From NCBI RefSeq assembly GCF_009914755.1, contig NC_060930.1: 64,000 bases of DNA. One strand, written 5' to 3'. Source of the DNA: the human T2T-CHM13v2.0 reference genome, Homo sapiens. Position numbers and translations under genes: made by a program. The notes under the pieces were generated by a model. It was not told the origin of the DNA and did no database searches. It saw only the letters and a list, made by a program, of their open reading frames with translations. Of this stretch, positions 57,695-64,000 are shown piece after piece; position 1 is the stretch's first letter; the number at the start of each line of letters is the position of its first letter.

Positions 57695-58200
57695 TGTACA
57701 TTAGATGATTTACCTGCAAGTAAAAGGAACTCTGACTTCAGTAATATTAAACAAGAGGCCATAAGGATCAAATATATTAGGTCCAGAGGTTGGGCAGGCA
57801 ACCTGAGAGGTTCAGTCAAGAGTTCAACAGTTGACCACAGGCCAGATTTCTTTTATCTCTAATCTCTGCTGTTTTCAGGACACTCACTAATAATAGACTA
57901 ATAGTTTATTATATTATTATTTAAGTAGTTAATAGTGATAGTCTAATCAACTATACCCCCCCATCTTGCTTTAGGGCCTCAAAATGGTAACAGCAACTAC
58001 ATAAATCCAGATGTTAGAAGGTATAGGAGAGGTCACGCATACTTTTCCTCACATTCTAAGAGCAGGCGACGAAATCTTTCCTCAGAAAGAATGCCTCCCT
58101 TGCCTCAGAGACCAGCATAGTGTCACATGTCCACTTCTAAAGGAATCCCCAAGAGTGGGATGTGATTAACATGACTGCCTTAGATAAAGCATGAGACATG
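57695..58200 (-). mobile_element. Old MaLR LTR (MLT1J/K-like)
   Basis: tgcaagtaaaaggaactctgact...tgtcacatgtccacttctaaa...catgactgccttaga. Confidence 0.55.
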
Positions 58201-59206
58201 GACCAAGACAAAGCAACCAGACAACCACAAATACTTGAAAAGTGGCTAGACAACCTCTGGAGTAACTCTGTTTCTGGTCATGGATATGTAAATGCGAGTT
58301 ACAGTTATTCCATTAGGTATCTGCAGTCCTTGTGGGAAAAAACAGTTTGCCACAAATGTTCCTTCTATTGTAAAAACAATGTCAGTGCACTGACAGTCAA
58401 AATATGTGGTGGCTGAAACCATATTTTGGCTTTTCAAAGGTTTGCTTTTAAAGCTTTGTTTTCTAACTTCAACAAGTATAGTCTTCTTGCAAATATCAGT
58501 TCTGTTGTTAAGTAACAAACTATAAGCCTGGATTAGTATTGTAGCCCTGACTTGTGTTGTATGTTGCTTATTTTCTGAAGCCAGTCAGTGAGTGAGTCCA
58601 CCTTGAGTAGGTGTTTTTATGTCAGGCTTTGTGAGAAATGAGGAGCCGGAGGGGATCCCAAATCAATTGCCAACCATGTCACAGATCATTTAAGGCAGAA
58701 TGGAACATGCTTGTGACAAAGGTGATGACAAATGAATATGTACTGAAGGGACAACACCAACAGATGAGTGAAGGAAACTGGAAATATGTAATATGAGATG
58801 GAGGTCAGAGTGAAATGTAAGATAATGATAATGAAATACATGTGTGAATGTAATACCATGAGTTAGATAAAAATAGGTGGCCGTTAAGACTCACACAGTG
58901 CCTTTCAGAATAAATTCTGAAATTTTACACAAATTCAATATTGCCACAAGTTGTGAATCCAATAAGTGAACAGTTTGTTATATAATATTTAAACCAACCT
59001 GTATAGAGTGGAGAATAGAACATGTTTTACTACCTTTAAGTTAAAAAAAAAAAGTTGCTTGAGTTTCTGTTTTCTAACCTTGAGAAGTAAGCATATGTAA
59101 TATATATACTAACCTAACACACAGGCAAAAACTCACTCTATTTGTACATAGGTGTTAAATTATATTAGTCCACATTTAGGTATATAAAAAGCCAGTGGAT
59201 ACTAAC

Positions 59207-59328
59207 GAGATGCAGGTCTTTGCAGGTAGAATTGTGCTCACAGGCATTCAGGATGCAGTCATCAATGTCCTGTTCACATCTTATCCCAACATAGCCTGGA
59301 TTGCATAAGCAGGAAAAGCCATCAACCA
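59207..59328 (-). CDS. EYS: EYS internal coding exon (probably exon 14), 122 nt, EGF-like repeats
   Basis: Minus strand reads ttctgttgtttccAG|TG GTT GAT GGC...CTG CAT CTC|GTtagt. It translates as (x)VDGFSCLCNPGYVGIRCEQDIDDCILNACEHNSTCKDLHL, with EGF cysteine spacing, and matches the human EYS protein as I recall it. Phase 1 start, phase 0 end. Confidence 0.95.
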
Positions 59329-61031
59329 CTGGAAACAACAGAAAAGAGAAAACTCTTAACATTCCTTTAACCTTAGTACAGGTAATTATAATTAGTCTAA
59401 AATTCTATAATCATTTATGTAGTTCACTTTTAACCAAATAAAGTAAGAATTATTATATTTAATCGATTACATAGTCATCTACAATATTTTCTAAATAACC
59501 ATCTTATTCAGTTCTATTTAACTTAAAAAAAAAACTTCAGTTAGTTGAAATAAGAACAATTACTATGGACATTTGGTAATAGTTTGCAAAGCAACAATGA
59601 AAATATCCAATTTTACTTGCTCTCTCTTGTTTTTGGCAGTACACAATATATATGATAAATAGGTTACTCTTGTATCATTTAATTTTCCCAAGTTGTTTTA
59701 GGTTTAATAAACAAGACCTTAACTGTTCAGTTGTTAAAGTTCTATGTATGACAGAATATATTAAAGTGCATTGTGATCTCAAAGTTGATAATGAGCTACT
59801 TAAGCCTTAGTTAAAAAGAGCTTTCACGTTTCATCAAAATCTTTGTAAAATAATGATCACAATTTGTTCTTCATTTTACCATTAATGATGAAAAAGAATG
59901 GTGTCTGAAGCATCTCAAGGAAGTAGTGACAGTATGAATTGCAGTTGGAGCAGGCACCAATTTATAACTACTTGCAGTCAGTCCCTGAGTCCTTCATTAT
60001 CCCTGAGATTTACCATGAAATCTATACTCCCATTATGCCTCTCTGCATGTACTTGCTATTACTCTCATTAAATGCTTAGGTCTTCAGTGGCAACAGCATT
60101 TTTAATGCACTGTAATAAATGTATCTAGCTTCTGGATTTTTGCAGCCATGTTTTGTACAACATGTGTAACTAGGGCCTCTAAGGAGAACAGGGCAGTCAT
60201 AGACATCAACAAGAGACAAGTGAAATACACAAGAATAGGCAGCTCCTTAGACAGGATTTTACTTCTGTTTTACTTTCCTTTTGTATCTAGCACCTAGTTT
60301 TTAACCTCTCATTGACTACAAATTGTTAATAAATAAACAGATGTAATTGTAAATGAATTAATGTGATAAAATGTCAGTCTGTGCTTCTATGTTACACATG
60401 GTATTTTTTATTTTAACATATTAAAACCACATATTATACAATATATAATTAAGACATTGTGGAGTGTCATCAATCATAACAATATTTAAAATTATCCTTA
60501 TGGTTATTATTTAAGTTGGGATACTGATGCATACTGACAAGTAACAACTGGAGTCAAATTAACTTTCAGCATTGATGTTACGTGTTCTATGAAGACAAAT
60601 TATAAATTACATTAAACGCAAAGGACAACAAAAGGTCACTTTGAACAAACGAAGTGTCTGGAAACAGATTGTTAAAAAAATAAAGCATGCTTTTATTGTC
60701 AATAAATGTGTTTCTAACATAGATTAATACAGACAAGGAATGTGTTTCTAACACTTTATTCTGGAATAAAAATTAATAAATGGACTAAGTGCCAGAAGAG
60801 AACCTAGAGAACTAAATTGGATACCAAAGGGAAATCGGATACTGCAAAGAAGATAGAAAAAAATTAAATATTTAAAACAAAGTAACAAAAAGTAGAGGGT
60901 TTTTCTCATATGTAATTTGTTAACCACGGGGCTATGTGATAACCAATAACCATTTCACAGGAAAGACATGTTATACACATAGTCTTGCTCTTGATTGTTG
61001 TTGTTGTTTTTAACAGAAAATCTAGTCACTG

Positions 61032-61898
61032 TGATATGGAAGTGCTGGAATGGGAAGAGTGTGGTCCCTTTAAATGATACAGAAGGGGGAAGGGAAGTGC
61101 TGGGTAGAGGAGGGCGTGGTCCCTGGCTAGGGCTCCACCCCCATGGATCTACGTGAGGACGGCACTCCTGCCTTTATGCCAGAATGTTGCATTTCCCAAG
61201 ACCACCCTGTCCCACCCTGCCCACATCGTGTGCCTATAAAAACCCCGGAGACCCTAGCAGGCAGACACACATGTGGCTGGATGTAGTGAGAAACACATCA
61301 GGGGAAGAAGACACAGTGGCACCTGGACATTGAGAGGCGCACATCAGCAGAGGAACACACAGGTGGCTGCACATCAGGAGGAACGCACTGACAAGCGCCG
61401 GCACGCTGGAGCTCCAGAAGAACATGGAGTTTTGCCAGGGCAGTCAGAGGGGAGCCCAGGACGCCGAGCACCCCAACTCCAAGGGAAAACCACCTCCCTT
61501 CTGGCTTGCATTGTCTGAGAGCTACTTCCACCCAGTAAAACCTTGCACTCATTCTCCAAGTCCAGGTGTGATCTGATTCTTCTGGTACACCAAGGCAAGA
61601 ACCCAGGATACAGAAAGCCCTCTGTCCTTGTGACAAAGTAGAGGGTCTAATTGAGCTGGTTAACACAAGCCGCCTATAGATGGCAAAACTAAAAGAGCAA
61701 AACTAAATGAGCACCCTGTAACACACGCCCACTGGGGCTTCAGGAGCTGTAGACATTCACCCCTATGCACTGCGGTGGAGTCAGAGCTCCACATCCTGCC
61801 TGTCTATACGTTCCGCTAGAGGAATGGGGCACTGAAGAAGCGAGCCACTCCCCCTGTCACACACCCTGCAAGGGGGAAAAAGGACCTTTCCCATTTCA
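61032..61898 (+). mobile_element. Solo LTR of the LTR1 family (ERV1)
   Basis: TG...CA termini, 4-bp TSD actg (61028-61031, 61899-61902), TATA box cctataaaa at ~61233, and the LTR1-type start gggaagtgctgggtagaggagggcgtggtccctggctagggctccacccc. Confidence 0.85.
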
Positions 61899-62115
61899 AC
61901 TGCATTGGTATTAGTCTGTGTTTATAAATATTTCATACTACTATTTTGAGGCCAAATTTTCTTAAAATAGGCCTTCTATGAATCTGGATGTATTATTCAT
62001 TTTATGCTTAAATGTGTACCAGACATCATATATACTGGTTGTACTGAATGAAAGTTTGTAATGTGACAAAACTTTTTGGTGGAATATACAGAGGTATTTT
62101 AAAACTGTAACAGCA

Positions 62116-62412
62116 GGCCAGGCAGGTGGCTCACACTTGTAATCCCAGCACTTCGGGAGGCCGAGGCAGGTGGATCATTGGAGGTCAGGAGTTCAAGACC
62201 AGCCTGATCAACATGGTGAAACCCCATCGCTACTAAAAATATAAAAAAAAAAATTAGCCGGGCTTCGTGGCACATGCCTGTAGTCCCAGCTACTTGGGAA
62301 GCTGAGGCAGGACAATTGCTTGAACCTGGGAGACAGAGGTCACAGTGAGCCTAGATCGTGCCACTGCACTCCACACTGGAAGACAGAGCAAGACTCCATT
62401 AAAAAACAAACA
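62116..62412 (+). mobile_element. AluS
   Basis: Dimeric Alu with TSD core ctgtaaca(g/a)ca. Confidence 0.95.
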
Positions 62413-62531
62413 AACCTGTAACAACAAAATGGTGAACAACCGTATAATGGTGTTCAAGATTTACAGACTCACACACAAACACACACATATATGCAGTGAT
62501 TTCTCATATATTGTCCTGTAATAAATACTAT

Positions 62532-63320
62532 TGACATGCTAGAGTTCCCTGATCCCTCTCGCAGGACATGCGACAGGGGTGTGGCTGGCCTGCTCAGTTG
62601 CCGCAGCTGCTGAAACCCCTTGAGGGAGGGGGACCACGCAGATAGGCAGGTGCAGAGGCCAGGGCGAGTGCTTTGGGCTCTGGACCTGTGGTAGTGTCTA
62701 GGGGTGGATGCCTGCAACCCCAGTGTTACAATGCTCTCAGCCTTGCTGTCCGCAGATGGCTTTAAGGGTTAACCAGCTGAATGGACCCTCTGCCTTTTCA
62801 CAAGGGCAGAAGGCCAGTATGATAGCTATCTGTATCCTGAGCTCTTGCCTAGCGTCCCGGAAGATTCGGGTCACACATGGGCTTGAAGGTTGAATGAGAG
62901 ATCTTGAGTGGTGGAGGTGGCTCTCAGCAGGATGGATGGGGAAGTGAAAGCAGGGGATGGAGTGGGAAGATAATCTTCCCCTGGAGTTGGGCCGCACAGT
63001 GGCCAAACTCCTCTCTGACCACTCCCAAACTCCTCTTGGTATTCAGATGTTCCTCCTCTTCTCTCTTTCTCTGCGGAAGAGTCCGTTGGTCTGCCTGTCT
63101 TACCTCTTCAACTTCCGGTTCACTCTGGAGTCTGAGGTTCAGCATTTATCTGGGTACGGGCTAGGGAGCATGGCAAGCCAAAAGGCAACTTTTTGGGTGG
63201 AAAAACAGGAATGCCTGTTCTCATTTATGGCTACGGGTATCCAGGCTTGAGGATGCGGCCTTTGCCAGGGCATCTTGTACCTTCTTCTACCCAGTATTTC
63301 CGTGTCTTCTGTCTGTATTA
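62532..63320 (-). mobile_element. Solo LTR of the LTR1/LTR27/LTR28 group (ERV1), sense to EYS
   Basis: 4-bp TSD ctat (62528-62531, 63321-63324). The minus-strand start is ...ggaaatactgggtagaag...ctcaagcctggatacc, homologous to the 61 kb LTR. Confidence 0.8.
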
Positions 63321-64000
63321 CTATTAACTAGAATTCAGGAAGTTTAGCTTCCCAAACCATTTTATTTCAGAGAAAGTATGAAGAATCTAGTGTCTTAGTT
63401 TCATTCTGATAACATTCTACATGTGTGATATAAATTTTAATAAATATTTTGGTTGCCTGGTAGCTAAATATCCTTAGATGGGGTCCAAAATATATTATGA
63501 ATGATTATATTATGAAATACATTAATATATTAAGTATTCAAATTTTACATTTCCCATAATATATTATGGTTTCAAAATTTTAATAGGTAGTATTGCATTA
63601 TAAGTAACATTATAAATTGCATTTTCATATCTTAGAAAAAATCATATATTAAAATATTTATGAAGAACTTTTAAAAGTCAAATATATTATAATACATTGT
63701 TAATCAATGTGAACAATTTAAATTTAAATTGTCTATTATAATCATTATAGTAGGGCTGCCTACATATTTCAAAAACAAAAAATCTCTAACTTCTCTCTCA
63801 GCCATGCGATATTTTAAAATGACATGAATCTTTTTTAAGTATCATTCCTCACCAGACACCTGTGGGTTTGAGCTCAGAAATGATACAATACTGACTTACT
63901 TCAAGGTAATTTGAGAATTTCAGAAATTTTAAAATACAATCTTGGAAGTGCCAAAATCTGGAACAAAAATAATAACTTGGTGATTTATATCAAGAGCAGC

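Noticed and set aside
59165-59362. 65-aa ORF as a standalone gene
   Set aside because: It is the EYS exon plus intronic read-through. The splice sites define 59207-59328.
61234-63250. Cluster of GC-rich ORFs, possible CpG-island gene
   Set aside because: All lie within two solo LTRs bounded by TSDs, with no recognisable domains.

Overview
AT-rich primate, almost certainly human, genomic DNA from inside the giant retinal gene EYS (eyes shut homolog), which runs on the minus strand. Only two coding exons are present, each 122 nt: 59328-59207 and 7531-7410, probably exons 14 and 15 (numbering from memory). They encode consecutive calcium-binding-type EGF repeats and are separated by a 51,675-nt phase-0 intron. 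The second exon is missed by the ORF track. The rest is intron filled with transposon relics: Alus, L1s, L2/MIR, solo ERV LTRs, MaLR LTRs, near-complete Tigger1 and Tigger2, and MITEs. Nearly all listed ORFs are spurious or transposon-derived. I found no convincing new multi-gene biological system. The most interesting signals are: (1) an L1-retrotransposed, polyadenylated HERV-K LTR5 transcript fragment nested in a twin-primed inverted L1; (2) an old L1 whose 5' UTR joins directly to late ORF2, possibly a spliced retrocopy; (3) an AT-rich palindromic patch carrying a 21-nt exact copy of sequence 3.1 kb away; (4) a very young AluYd8-like insertion; (5) a cluster of latent EYS pseudoexon signals about 3.1-3.3 kb into the large intron. 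Repeat subfamily names come from recalled consensus sequences, and old-element boundaries are approximate.
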